From: Acanthaster planci
Lineage: Eukaryota
Assembly (NCBI RefSeq): GCF_001949145.1
Contig: NW_019091361.1
Span: 2,837,825-2,901,824, forward strand
DNA: 64,000 nt
Direction of reading: 5' to 3'
In this document: piece after piece, positions 38,999 to 51,780 of the stretch
Layout of the letters: the number at the start of each line of letters is the position of its first letter
Numbering within the stretch: the first letter of the stretch is position 1
Translations under genes and position numbers: made by a program
The notes under the pieces: model-generated
The model's database searches: none
What the model was told of the DNA's origin: nothing
Seen by the model: only the letters and a program-made list of their open reading frames with translations

Positions 38999-41900
38999 AT
39001 GTTTGCTTCTACTCGCATTTTGCAGACGGCATTCGTCTTGTTCGTTGTGTGTCTTTCCCTTGGCTTCCTTCGGGCGACTTCTGATGAAGTGGGTAAGGCG
39101 GGATGTGGCCTGCATTGGGAGGAATGGAAAGAGGCCCACGAAAAGAAATACGACAGCCTGACAGAAGAAGTCGACAAGAGGCAAGTGTGGGAGAAAAACA
39201 TAGTCGTTGTCAGGGAACACAACTCAAAGACAGGGAGAAGCTTTGATCTCGCCATGAACAAATTTGGAGATCAGACTCATGTAAGTTTTGTCAACACCTG
39301 TTGAAAGTAGTGGCTGCTTGCTCTGATGTTCGATTTGCCATTGTAAAGGTTAAGCCCAAAACAGAAGCTGCAATGTTATTTATGTCCGTGGTCAATTTGT
39401 GCCCCTCTTTCCAATCGGTAGTGTCATCCCCGACCTTTGCCAACTGGCTTGCCATTGCATAGTTTATTCAAGTGTAACATCTGGTAATAAGAGAATTAAA
39501 CATGGAGACATTATTTCAGTGAGAATACCACAAATAAATATGGAATGATGCTCAAGCTCTAAAAGACGATATAAACATGCTCAGCAAATGGAAGTCAAGT
39601 TGGCAGATGAAATTTAACATTGAAAAATGTTATACTATATGCATATTACTCACAAGAAAAAACCTATGTTGTCGACGTGCATAATGAATGGAAGACCACC
39701 TTAGAAGATAAGTAGCCATACTTGCCTGGAAGTAGAAATAAATCACAAACTGAGTTGGGCTTATCATATAAGCAATGTCTCTTCAAAGGCAAACAAGATG
39801 CTTAGTTTACTCCGTAGAAACCTTTAGCTGCTCTCCAAGGGTGAAGGAGATCGCCTACAAAACCCTAGTCAGACCTGGAACATTGTGCTAGTGTCTGGGA
39901 TCCGTACCACCAAGATCACAAAAACAGACAAGAAGCAGTCCAGCGGAGGGCGGCAAGATTTATATGCACAGATTTTCGATAAAAAAGCAGTGTTTCCTTT
40001 ATGATTCAAAACCTGGGATGGAAATCTTTAGAGGAGCGTAGAGCCATCGGTATGGTATAGACTCACTTTATTGAATAAATCCATCCATCATCGAGCATCA
40101 GTGAACGCGGATCATTACCGGTTTAAATCTGAAAGCGAGGGCATTACAACAGGGAAACATCTTTTGTTTCCTTTTCCCATCAATCAGCACAAAAAGACTG
40201 TTACAAATTCTCCTTCATACCTAGGACCCTTGTGAAATGGAATTATTTACCCGGTCAAGATAAGGGAAGCTTCAAACATTGATACCTTCAAAACAAAACT
40301 GCCTATAGTATTGACAAATTATTCATTAATAAAGGGGGCCCACCACATGTATTGGAGTCCGCGAGCCACCACCCACCTGCAACTTAAAAGATTCCATAGT
40401 GGAGGTTGTTGCAGTAATTAGAAGAAAAAGAAATATTCCCTTTAATGTCTCAGTAGAATCAGTGAAAAAGTATTGGAATAAGGTTGCAAAAGTATGGAAT
40501 CTACACATAATGTACAACACGACGAACGTCATCTTTTTGTGTGAAAAAATTAAGCCCTCAAACCCCTAAATTTCCAATTTTCCCACTTTCAACACCGGTA
40601 GATTTGGGAAATCACACTTCATTATTCTCCTCCATTTGCAGGCTGAGATGATTTCCCAGATGAAATATCCGGTGGATCCAATCCAAATTCCCATCACGCC
40701 GCTCCTAAACGGGATCGCCGAGCCACCGTCTAGTGTGGATTGGCGCACCAAAGGCTACGTGACTCCAGTGCGAAACCAGGGAGCGTGTGGCGGATCGGTC
40801 GCTTATGCTGCTGCAGGTAAGTTGATTGAGCGTTAACCCTCAGTCCAAACTTTCTTGGTTCCCCAAAACTGGAAAATTCACCTTTTGAAGGTCGACTGGT
40901 TTTATGCAGACAAGCGTTATGTATCAAGATTTTATGATTATTATTATTATTTTTGGTTTTTAAAACACAATGCATTTGTAGCCCAAAGGCTAAATTGCTA
41001 CATCGTTCAATATTAAAAAGAACACACAACTGCAAACAATTGTTATAAAATAAATAACAGATAAGAACAAGAACATATCGTAAAATGCTAATAAACAAAA
41101 GCATGATTTAAAACATGTGGAAGAAAAGGCTATATGTGATTCAAAATACTGACAAAGTAGGGTGTTGGACTACCTTTATATCTGTTAGTGTTACATTTGA
41201 TGACGGAAAGTGTGTTTGATTTTCGTAATTGATATCGCACACTAGAACTTCTGGGCTGAGGCAACCACTGTCGGAACAAGTCAGAACAGTTAAGTTTAGA
41301 GGCAAAGTCAACGCAAAGGCCTCTTCTACGATCATAGAGAGAGACCATGCAAATTGCACTTCAATAGTGAATATTCGTAATCTCGATAACCCTGGCCCAA
41401 GATAATTTTAAGGGCACGCTTTTGAATACTCTCTAATTTGTGCGCTAGTTAAACCAGCATTCCAACGGGCGTTGCATATTCCGTCAGTGGTCTTATATAT
41501 CCCTGATACACAGTCAATAAGTCATCAAGAGATAAGTGGAATTTATCTTAGCAATTTAAGCATGTACATCTTATTGCTAGCTTTGCGATAAATCTGATCA
41601 ATATGTTTGTCCCATCTAAGATCTGAACTAATTAAAACACGGAGAATCTTTACACAATCGACTTTGTGGAGACCGGTAGAGAAAATCTGTAAAGGGGGAA
41701 ATTGTGGAATATTTTTCATAAAGCATACAGTCATGCAAGCACATTTATCTGGGTTGACTTTCATATTATTTTGTACCACCAATTGACTAAATTCGTCCAA
41801 AACAGATTGAATTGTATGGGGGTTATTCCCTCTACTGTTGTCCACGATAGTCATGTCATCATATTTTAGACTAAGTAATCGACCATTAGTGTCAGTTGAA

Positions 41901-44244
41901 TTATCAAGACGAACAGCGCCATTAAATTTAGCAAGAAAACCCAACGGGCCAGATTTTGTACCTTGCGGTAGTCCACATTTAAGTACATTAACCCTAACCC
42001 CCAAGGGTGAATGTAAAATCGTATTGAAATTGGAGGATTTGGGAGAGTTAGGGTTAAAATAAGATTTTGTATCTGACACACTACGCTCTCTCGGTCAAAA
42101 AGCTGCTAACCCAAGGAATGATTGAGGAGAGTGTGCCCAAGTGAAGCAATTCACGAATAACAATGTTTTGATGAATAAGATAAAATGCCTTACTAAAATC
42201 TGTAACAACCAAAGAACTGTGGCTTTTCGAAAAGTCAGCATGAGCAGCTAAATGATCAATCAGGTTAACCAAATAATGAGATGTTGATACTCCGTTCTTA
42301 TTACCGAACCATTAGGATCCAAGTTCACTTCAATGTCTGAAGATATCTTACTGGTAGCCCTACATACAATGTGGATATACCCACTCGCACAGAAATTTAT
42401 GTATACATTCCGAGTTGACACAAACACACAAGCAGAATGGAAGGCCCGACAAGGAACCACAAGACTCCAACCGTGATATCCTACCAACCGCTGTTGGTCA
42501 AAACTCGCTGTCTCTTTGCGATATATTTCAAAAATTACCCAGGTATTTCTAAAAAGCAGCAGTTCAGTGCCCAATCGTTGCCGGAAGCTGAAACAAGTAA
42601 ACTGTAGACTGAATAAAAAGTACAACTCCTTGATTTTAACAGATACCGTGGCAAGTCGAGAGGCCATCCACGAAGCTAAGCCAGCCCGGGTTCTCAGCGC
42701 CCAAGAGATCAACGACTGTTGTGCAATAACACACAGAGCCTGCCTTCCCCCGATAGTGCTGGACAAAGTGTTTGACTGCATCCATTCTATTGGCGGTCTG
42801 TGTATGGCGGATTCATACCACAAGTCGAAGAATTTCACTTGTAACAACGGAACATGCAGTCCATTCGCAAAGGTATTTCTAATCAAACTCAACCTTTACT
42901 TAAACTTATCATCACAATAATCGCATGTGTGTATTTTAGAATGCCAGATTCGACAAACTATAATGCTCGTTGTAGCTTGAGAACTGAGGTGAAATCACAG
43001 CTGGTTCGATTACCTCCCTCGCGATTTCCTGTCACGTGGTGTCGTGACTGTTTAAACAGGCATGCGCAATATGTGGTGAACGAACGACCTCGAGTTTCTG
43101 ACCAAGTCGAAGGGTCATATCGATTCGGTTTCAAACGTGCAAAAGTAAATCCAAATGGTCAAAAGCAACAGACATCCAAATACACTTTTCTAGCCTTTCT
43201 TACTTAGTTGATGAACCAGATTTGCCACTATTCAAGCATTTTCTGCATCGTTTCTCCGCCAAGTTCGACTAAGCTGACATGTTTTCACATTGTATGGAGG
43301 AATATGCCCTTTTCTCCAAGTAACCGGCTTTGCGGGTCGGTTCCTAATGGACTAAGCCCGAGTAAGCACGCAATATTGCACGTGAGTGTCGAATCGAACA
43401 CAATCTGGCTTGCACGAGCGAGCGCCTATATAGGAAGCGACTCAACGCGCTTCTAAAGAAAACGTTTCACTTCATTTGGGCGCTTTTTGTAATACCAGAG
43501 AATAACCTTGCTCCACAGGTACCGAATGGAGGGGTGCAGGTAGCAACTGGGGATGAGAAAGCCCTAGCCGCAGCCGTAGCCATTGAACCAATACTGGTCG
43601 GCTTGGATGCAAATCATACATCGTTCTTCATGTATCGTAGCGGTATTTACAGCGAGCCGAACTGTAAGACTAAAGAACCCAACCATGCCATGGTCTTGGT
43701 CGGTTATGGTAGCCAGAACGGACAGGATTACTGGATCTGCAAGAACTCTTGGGGTAAATAGTTAACTAAGAGTCCATTTCACTTGCACCTTGTAGTTCTC
43801 TTGGAATATCATTTAAGGACCCTTTTAAAAATCAGATCCTAGACTCTAGATGCTGCTGGTAGCATACTGGCATATGAATGTGATTGTGAGTTAAATTCAT
43901 TTCTTATGTCTCCTCCAACGTGCCTTCCACTCGCAATTATCGTTTTACTTTTTCCAGAATTTCTTCCTGTGGCTGTGAATATTTATTTTTTTTGTTATGA
44001 TAGACATTCCGGACTGAGAGTACAGCTGTTTCACCTCTTGTTTAATTTACCTCTGACTGACGCATACTAGTGTCTATACTCACCATTCCAGATTTTCTTT
44101 GTCAGCCCCCAGTTGAGTTAACTCTTATTTACCTCTTCTGTCTCCTCTTTAGGGGCCGATTGGGGAATGCAAGGATACATTCTAATGGCACGTAACCATG
44201 GCAACATGTGCGGTATAGCTTCCAATGCCACCTATCCAATGTAG
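38999..44244 (+). CDS. Cathepsin L-like papain-family (C1A) protein with catalytic Cys replaced by Ser (silicatein/testin-like), 5 exons, 337 aa
   Basis: Exons 38999-39280, 40642-40816, 42643-42872, 43519-43753, 44153-44244 (GT-AG, phases consistent, 1014 nt). Signal peptide; I29 propeptide (WEEWK..H.KKY, ERFNIN-like E..KRQVWEKN...V.EHN, AMNKFGD); mature [79 protein letters not shown]. Confidence 0.92.
39540..40330 (+). mobile_element. 3' fragment of LINE reverse transcriptase (CR1/L2/Jockey-like), degenerate, in cathepsin intron 1
   Basis: [63 protein letters not shown] across frameshifts. Confidence 0.85.
41200..42280 (-). mobile_element. LINE reverse transcriptase fragment, with a small TIR element (about 41889-42079) inserted
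   Basis: DFSKAF.LI.Q..VI..L..LG.....[16 protein letters not shown] (decayed YxDD), [47 protein letters not shown]...CTGACAC termini around the insert. Confidence 0.8.
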
Positions 44245-47200
44245 GTTGGTTGTACCAGATGGTCCAGGGCTGGGACGTTTCTGTGGCAAAACTGAGGAGG
44301 GCATGTGGATGGAGATTTTCAAAGTAAACTCGGAACGATGATGAAACTTTGAGGCAAAATCGTGAGAGAAAATTTATTGCAATTGTCAGTTTGAGGCGGC
44401 AAGAACAGATTATAAATCCAAAAAATAGGCTGTTGAGAGACTGATCAAAACAGCATTCATAATAATGTATTTCAAATGCATGCTGAAAACCGACAAGGCC
44501 TCTATCACTTCAACGGTGTCTGCAAAGCCTTTTGAAATTGAACCTTATCGGGACGAACGTTTTATTCTAAAAATACATGGGCCAACCAGACCCTTACTTC
44601 TCGCCTACGTTTGCGTTGATACCGTGGCAAATCCATTTCAGTGAAAAGGGCGCTCTGAAGTGAGAGAGGCATTGGAGGCTTGACAGCGTGGTCTTAGATG
44701 AACTGCATGCTAACATATACTGACTACAAAACTGCACAGTGCGTCTTTCCATCACTTTTGCCACGAATCTGTACCCCAAAACACTTTGGTTTAACGGGCT
44801 TATAAGATCTTCGACCAGCAAGCCACATTTCCAAGCGAGCATGAGCCCCCGCGTATCCAGGCATCCCTGGCACTCAGCAAACCTGAGTACGGAACACCCT
44901 GGCCACCTAGTGAAACAGCGAGCCTGCCAGACAAACACCAACCTTCCATATTACAAGGGCAACTTTTCCTACAACCCATCTTCATCCAAGGCAACATCAA
45001 CGCTACATCATCCCTGAAAGGTCCGAGTCAGATATGACGCAACATCCAATGCAATTAGAGCACGAATGAGGCAAGGCATACGTCAGTGAAACAGATAAAA
45101 TTTTCATCGCCTTTCTCAAGGCGCATCCAGCACACGGCTGAAAAGACAAAACTGAAACTGAAAATTTTTTGACTTATACAGTCCACACGTTTTGAATCAA
45201 AAAGTACTTTTCCCCTCAGGCGAATGCGCCCTTGAGTTTCAATACTCTAAAGCCCCACATATTGTGTTTTACTGTGCGCCTGTGCGCTTTCGTCATAAAG
45301 ATAGAATTCTCAAATTACAATTTCCAAACTGTAGCCATTGTGAGGCTTACGACCTCCTTCGAAATAACGTGTTGTAATGACCATGTGCCATTTAGCTTTG
45401 GAGGCAAATATAGATCGGGAGATTATTTGAAACTTTTGGATTAAGACGAATGATGTTTGTGCCCCTTTGCGAAGAACTGTCTCCCCGGTGCGCCTCAGCA
45501 CCTTTTGATAATACTATTAGAATTCTCCATTTTTATTCATACTTCTGACCTTTTGTGCACTGAAAATCGTCAGTTGCCATTTAAAACAAAAAGTTAACAA
45601 ATCATTCGTTTGAAATTTACAGCTACTGAATGGACAGCGCAAATAAACTGTTTGTTTGTACAGTTCTTAAATTGCATGTAGTATCAAGGAAGTGTAATGA
45701 TTATTTCTTAATGCAGTATAATGTAAAAAACAAAACAAAACGTTAACTAATAATAGGGCACAAAAAATTAAGTATAAACACACCTCGTGAAATGAATCTG
45801 TGTGTCTTCTCTTACTTTATTTCGTTCCTTGTATGTTTTTCTTAAGGATGTGCCTAAATTTGAGCAAGCTAGACAGAATATCATTTAGGAGGAAAGGCCA
45901 TTTGACACAATAAATGTCACCCTATTTCCATGCAAGGAGGTTACATGATTTCTGACCATTTTCCTTTGCACCTTTTTGACTAGTAAGTACAGATAGGCGA
46001 ACACACCGCTGTGTGCAACGATTTTTTAGCGTTTATATATCAAACAGAAATATGATCCCTGATCCAGCATATAACAACAGCGCCCTCAGATCAAGTGGAA
46101 AGTCCCTGTTACGATGTGTACTAAAAATAGCAGTTTGCCGGCCATGATGAGTTAGTTGGTATTAAGCATGGTATTAAGTGTAGCTGGAATAATTTCAAAG
46201 TCATTTTGATCTCACGGACAAACAGGCAAAGGTGTTATAGGTATGGTTTAGACTAAGTTTATTTCCTTACTTCATGCACACCAGTCGTTTTTGTACACTC
46301 GTGGCTACATTTGGGAGTGAAGGTGACACAGCAACACTCCGTGCAGTTTGGTTTAATAGCTTGAGAAACTCAAGCCCTGATATATTGGGCCTGTTTGTCA
46401 TCACACGGATCTGGATCTCAACCAGTGGTCCCAATTGGAGCTGGTTCACTCCATCCATTTGGCTTGTTTTGGTATAAATGAACCAATGCGCAAACAAACG
46501 GGCCCTTAACATAGGGATATTTGCGTTTATGGCTGGGGCCAAGAATATGCCCTTTGCTGTTTTATCTGCTCAAATTTCAGATGTAATGTTTGGGTATAAG
46601 TCCTTCTTTCTGTTTAGATTTGATTTTGACCCTGACAAAACTCATCTTAAATCTTGCAAGGATTAAAATTCGGAAGCCGTTAAAAGAGTCACTGAACATT
46701 GAAATAGGCCTACAGTTTTATACGGAAAAAAACGGCATTTGGGGTCCAACTTCCGGACTTTCCGGACATCAAAATGGGAATTACCATGACGTCACAATGT
46801 TGCATCTCATGTGTAGTTGGTGCGTTACACACACAAAAATTCATGACACGCGTGAATAACCTGTCGGACTCTGTTACACAATGCACCTAGTATACACCCA
46901 CAATTTTTCCCGATTTAAAAGATGGCAGTTCCAGGAAGAAATTCCAGGAGTTGCGCCAAAGATATCATTTTTCGTGTTCAAGTAAAGTATGTTACACTTT
47001 GAGTGACTCACGCGCTGTGTGTCACCCACGCAATATTATGTGAGTTTTGTTGGGGTAGATATTAAATTTGGCAGAAAGAGAAGACGTCTGCAATCTGAGT
47101 GGATTGTAATGGAAATTCGAATTTCCCGATGTCATAGATATTACGGCTTGTACTGAGGTTAAGTTTACGAGGCAGTACTTTGCAAATGAAAATGGTGATT

Positions 47201-48953
47201 TTTGCCTCTGTCACGTGGATGGTGTTATAAATCCCCCAAAACAAGAGTGTGAAGAAAGTGAAAGATGTTTGGTGCATCTGAAGACGACACCTTAATCATC
47301 ATTCCAATATCATAAACATTGGGATGATTATGAGCAATGTCCAGACATCGCTTTCATGGTAGATTTTAAAAAGCCCTTTCACCATGCTTTTTTGGCCAGT
47401 GTTGCAATTACAGTATTGTAATCGTTGAAGTTTTTTTCAGCTGTTCCCAAATCTCAATTTGGAACAGCTTTTGTAATTGTTTAAGGTTTTTTTCCTTTTT
47501 TTTCTTTTTCTGCTACTTTTTCCTAAGGGGCACTTTGGCAATTTCTTTCAGTCAGATCAATTTAAAACTTGGTAGAGTAATTAACAAAAGACGTTCCCCT
47601 AATTTTTTTTGTAATCGTGACGTCATCAGGGGGTCACTTGACCTCAATTCAAATGTTCATTCGTTACAGTCTAAAAACTTGATTTAACTCAAATTTTGTA
47701 TGCACGTACTCAGGGAGGGGTTATAAATGATAATTGATATCTTGACCTCTATCTTGACTTCTACTTTCGGTTTGACCGGAACTTGTATTTTAACACACAA
47801 ATTGTCATGTCTCATGCACCATACGTTCAATTGCAGTGATAATTGGTTTTTCGTTATATATGCCACTTTGGCAATTATTTGTAATCCAATTCATTGCAAA
47901 CTTATGATACTCGTTGATATGCTTTAAAAGACAATAAAAAACATTTTTGGAACAGCTATGTGTTTGTTCACAAACACCACCTCTAGTTGTCATTTTTATC
48001 ATTAAGGTACAAGACCTAACCGCGCCCTTACAAGGAGAGGAAATAAATGAACTTCAGTTGGTGAAATGTGCCATAGCAAACGCGTGCGTGCGTGCATTGC
48101 AGTATTTAACAAGAGGTTTTTAGTAACTTTATAATTTTGACGGTCAGCCCACCTTTGAGGTCTCTCAGCATTCTTGCGTACATGACGTTGCTAATTGAAG
48201 GACAAAGATTCGACAAACGCACGCTTCCTGAAATGTCTTTGCCCGTCAAGTGACGTCACGTGAGAAACCGTTTTCAGCCTCGTCATTTCTCGGCCTGCCA
48301 TCAAAAATTATTTTTGTGCAAAACCTGTGCTTAGCAGTCAACACTTTTCTAAACACTGTCTGGTTTTCAGTTTGTAAATGTGTTTTACTTAAATACTGAT
48401 CACGTTTATAGTGTGGATGGATACTTGGATAGTTGTTTAGCAATTGAAGTTGACGTTTGGCAATTGAACATGTATTTTCGCTTTTAAACGTACCTACCAA
48501 ATACTGTAATTAGTTCTTAAAAATAGTTTTAAGAGTCCACTAGAAATAAACAACAAAATTGCACCGCTAGTTTTGTTCCCCAAGGTTACCGCTAAGGCTT
48601 TTTATCATTACACTAAGTAGACTGCTGCTTTCTGTGTAACTGTAAACTTGGTTGCTTCTGTTTTATAACTCCGGTTTGGATGAGATCAGCCGTTTCAGAT
48701 TATCAAAAGGGTAAGTACTATTGGGATGGTGGAATAAAGGTGGAACACGGAGGCGGATAGCTTGTGAGGACTACGTCATGGTTGCATGTTTACTCCATAA
48801 ATTGCCTGCATGGGCAGACATCCTCAGCGCGGCTGCGCTGTACACATTATGCAGGGTTATTAATATTCATATATTTCCACAAATTTGAAACAACCGTGTC
48901 AGAAAAAGTATTATTTTAACCCATAAGGTTCAGTCCGTCTTACAAACCGAGAC

Positions 48954-50252
48954 ATGACGAGCAAACAGTGTGGTGCAGCTAGCTCTTCCCAAGGAACCAA
49001 TGTATCCCAGCAAGGCAAGTTAGTTTATACATGACATCTTAGATGACTGCCCTAAAGAACAAAATATATTTTGATTATTGCAGTGTTGTTGGAAGCATCT
49101 ATAGCTATTGCACTCGTTTTGTGGCCTTAGTGATTTTTGGTACTTCATGTGCTTCATATCCAATTTTTGCACCGTTTATTAGTTTACTTATTTACTTTAG
49201 CTGATCAATTATATACATAAATTTATTTATTTATTTTTTTTTTGGGGGGGGGTTACAGGGTAATAAAAAGGAAATACCTCTACCACTTGTGTAGGTATTT
49301 ACTGAAGGTTTTTTTACATGTTCATCTGATATTCGCGTTCCTATGATGTTTAAAATGGCATTTTATTCTCCACTGTAGATGGAATCCCAAATTACCTGAA
49401 AGGTGAAAGCCTGCGGAAGCTTGCAACCGATTTGGGTAGAGATGGATGGGATTTAGGCTTGGTGCTGGGATTCACGGTGGGTGAACTGCAAATCTTCAAG
49501 ATAGATAACAAAGATAATAAACGGGAGGAGACAAGGAGCATGCTGGCAGAATACATCGAACGCACTGCCAAGGGCGACGTGCTTGGTGGGCTACTTGGGG
49601 GACTTAGAGCAATTGGTCGCAACAACTTATGCATCAGTAAGCGTTTCCCCTCTCTCGTCGGAAGCATTGCGACCTGATCCTTCGTTAGCAGTTAGTTTCT
49701 TCTCAAGCCGTAGTATTTTCTGTTTGGCAGTTCCCCAGAAATTCGGTGGGAATGATAGTAAAATCCATGATTGTATAGCCTTCGATAGCAAAGTGGAGGT
49801 ATCCAGCCGATATTTGTTATTTCAGCAATATTTTATGAAATTGAAAGTGCTAACGCTTTAGAAATTGTATTCCGACCTCTCTTTGACACGATTCCTTCAA
49901 AGATAAACATTGTCAATCTTTTTTAGAAAACTATTCCCATTTTGCCCCGGACTCAAAAAAGCTCTGCGTTACCATGAAAAAACATTGAGAACTTGGCGCG
50001 AAAGCGAACTTAAACGGGTATTTGTGACTTCAAATAAAATATTAGCATTGCAAATTCGTACATATTGATCACATTAAAACTCAATCGAAATTTAGCTACA
50101 ATTCGTCGTGACTTCAAGTTTACTTCACTTTCGCGTGAAGTATGAACCGGCCTTCAGTCAGACTGTAAAAAACATAACAGTGCCGATTTCGCTTTTTTTC
50201 TTCATTCATAGAACTGGAGAAAGCAGCTGAGGACGAGGGTGATTTCAAGTAG
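48954..50252 (+). CDS. DEATH-domain-only protein, 3 coding exons, about 119 aa
   Basis: Exons 48954-49014 (GC donor AG|GCAAGT), 49379-49636, 50212-50252 join in frame: MTSKQCG...QQDGIPNYLKGESLRKLATDLGRDGWDLGLVLGFTVGELQIFKIDNKDNKREETRSMLAEYIERTAKGDVLGGLLGGLRAIGRNNLCIKLEKAAEDEGDFK*. It matches the death-domain pattern L..LA..LG...W.LG..LG....L ... ML..(W/Y) ... L..IGR..L. Exon 1 is the least certain. Confidence 0.75.
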
Positions 50253-51619
50253 ACAACTACAGATGCCACTTCATTAGTCTCATAGAGGTCTAGTAGAAGT
50301 AGTCTTTTTAATATGTAAGTGATTTTTTTACACGTATCTTCTTAGTGACAGATCGTTAGATTTTGTGCAATCCCATGAAAATTCTAATTTAGAAAGTAGA
50401 CTCATTGCAAACTTTCTCCTTCAAATTTTACATTAAAGTATGCTGATATCAGTACCCTCTCTAAATCCTCGACAGAGTTGCCGTCCCATACGTCCCGGAC
50501 AAGGTTGTTTTTTTTTAAATCTTTTAACAACATAGGTGGGAAAAAACAGTGTCGGCTGAGATTTTACTGCCCACCCGCAACGATTCTTGCATGATTTGTG
50601 TCCAACTTGAGTCATTTACCCAACAATAATAGAATATGTTTCTTGCACCAAAAACCAAGTGTTTCGATTTTTTCCAATAGTCAAGCGAAATACTTGTATC
50701 CAATGTTGGAAGAAAATGGCCCACTTCTCTTGCACATCCTTATTCAAGAAGTGAACGCACAAGTCTCAAACATTACCTGTTTCAGACAAACACATATTTA
50801 TTCTCTTATTCTTTTTACTAATTGTTATGCCCCAGTTGTTTTTTAATAACAGCTGCAGAATGGAGAGGACCTATCAAGCATCTGACATTTTCGGCCATTG
50901 ATTCAAGCATTAGTGAAACTGGAAATATTGCCAAAGTCCTCTTTCATAACTACAGTTGATGAGGAGGGGTAGACATACTGGCGCTGCGATAGACTTAGCT
51001 GGAAATAAGGCCTCAACTTGCACTTGACACTTGGAGAAAGTAATAAGGCAGGATTATTCATAATTTGTTCTTAAAGAATGATTAATGTTGTAATTTCGTT
51101 AATAATGAGAATACAGAATTCCTAAGGGTTTTAGGCTAGACATATTGCAAATGAAGAGGCAACATTCTTAAGTACATAGAATATTATCCAGTACGTCGTA
51201 AACCAAAAGTGGTACTTTGTCCAACTTTTTTTTGACGGCAGTCTAGTTAACATTATACATTACATTTAAATCGTTTCAACTTTTCTATGGACGTCCTACG
51301 CATTCTTTTTTATTCTCGTTTTGCATATTCATTCCAGTAGCAGAAAAAAATAGAAAGATTTTACTATGAGGAAGTCAGAGTCAGTTTGGCATAATCTACT
51401 CACGACAAACAAGCTTCGATCATTACATCCTGGCTGAAGAATTCCACTTAAGGCTACAAGAAACATGTACACGAAAGGGGTCTTTTAAGAAGCCGGGAGC
51501 GAAAAGGTTAATTAAAAAGAAGGGGCCAACCTCACTTATTGCCACTCTTTGGTCAGATTTGAAAACGACAAGGCTCTACAGCCCATCAGGTGTTTTGCCC
51601 TTCACCACCGTTCTTTTTT

Positions 51620-51780
51620 TTTATGGACACTGGATTAAATCAATGTTCTTCCAAATCTTGTGAAACAAATCACCACCTTTCTTTGGTGGGACTCGGACCC
51701 ACGACCTCCTGCTTACCAGTGTAGACGTCTTACGACTCGACCACTGAGCCTGCCGGTACTGGTGGGCCGGTTCGAATCTG
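51620..51780 (-). mobile_element. tRNA-derived SINE
   Basis: Minus strand GGCTCAGTGGTCGAGTCGTAAGACGTCTACACTGGTAAGCAGGAGGTCGTGGGTCCGAGTCCCACC (A/B boxes, tRNA-Thr-like), followed by an unrelated body and A-rich tail. Confidence 0.65.

Noticed and set aside
41990..42060. Interstitial telomere (AACCCT/TTAGGG words)
   Set aside because: Only two or three units, lying inside a small TIR insertion.
49259..49294. Extra mini-exon in the DEATH-only gene
   Set aside because: AG/GT signals are present, but the phases give a stop or frameshift with the flanking exons.
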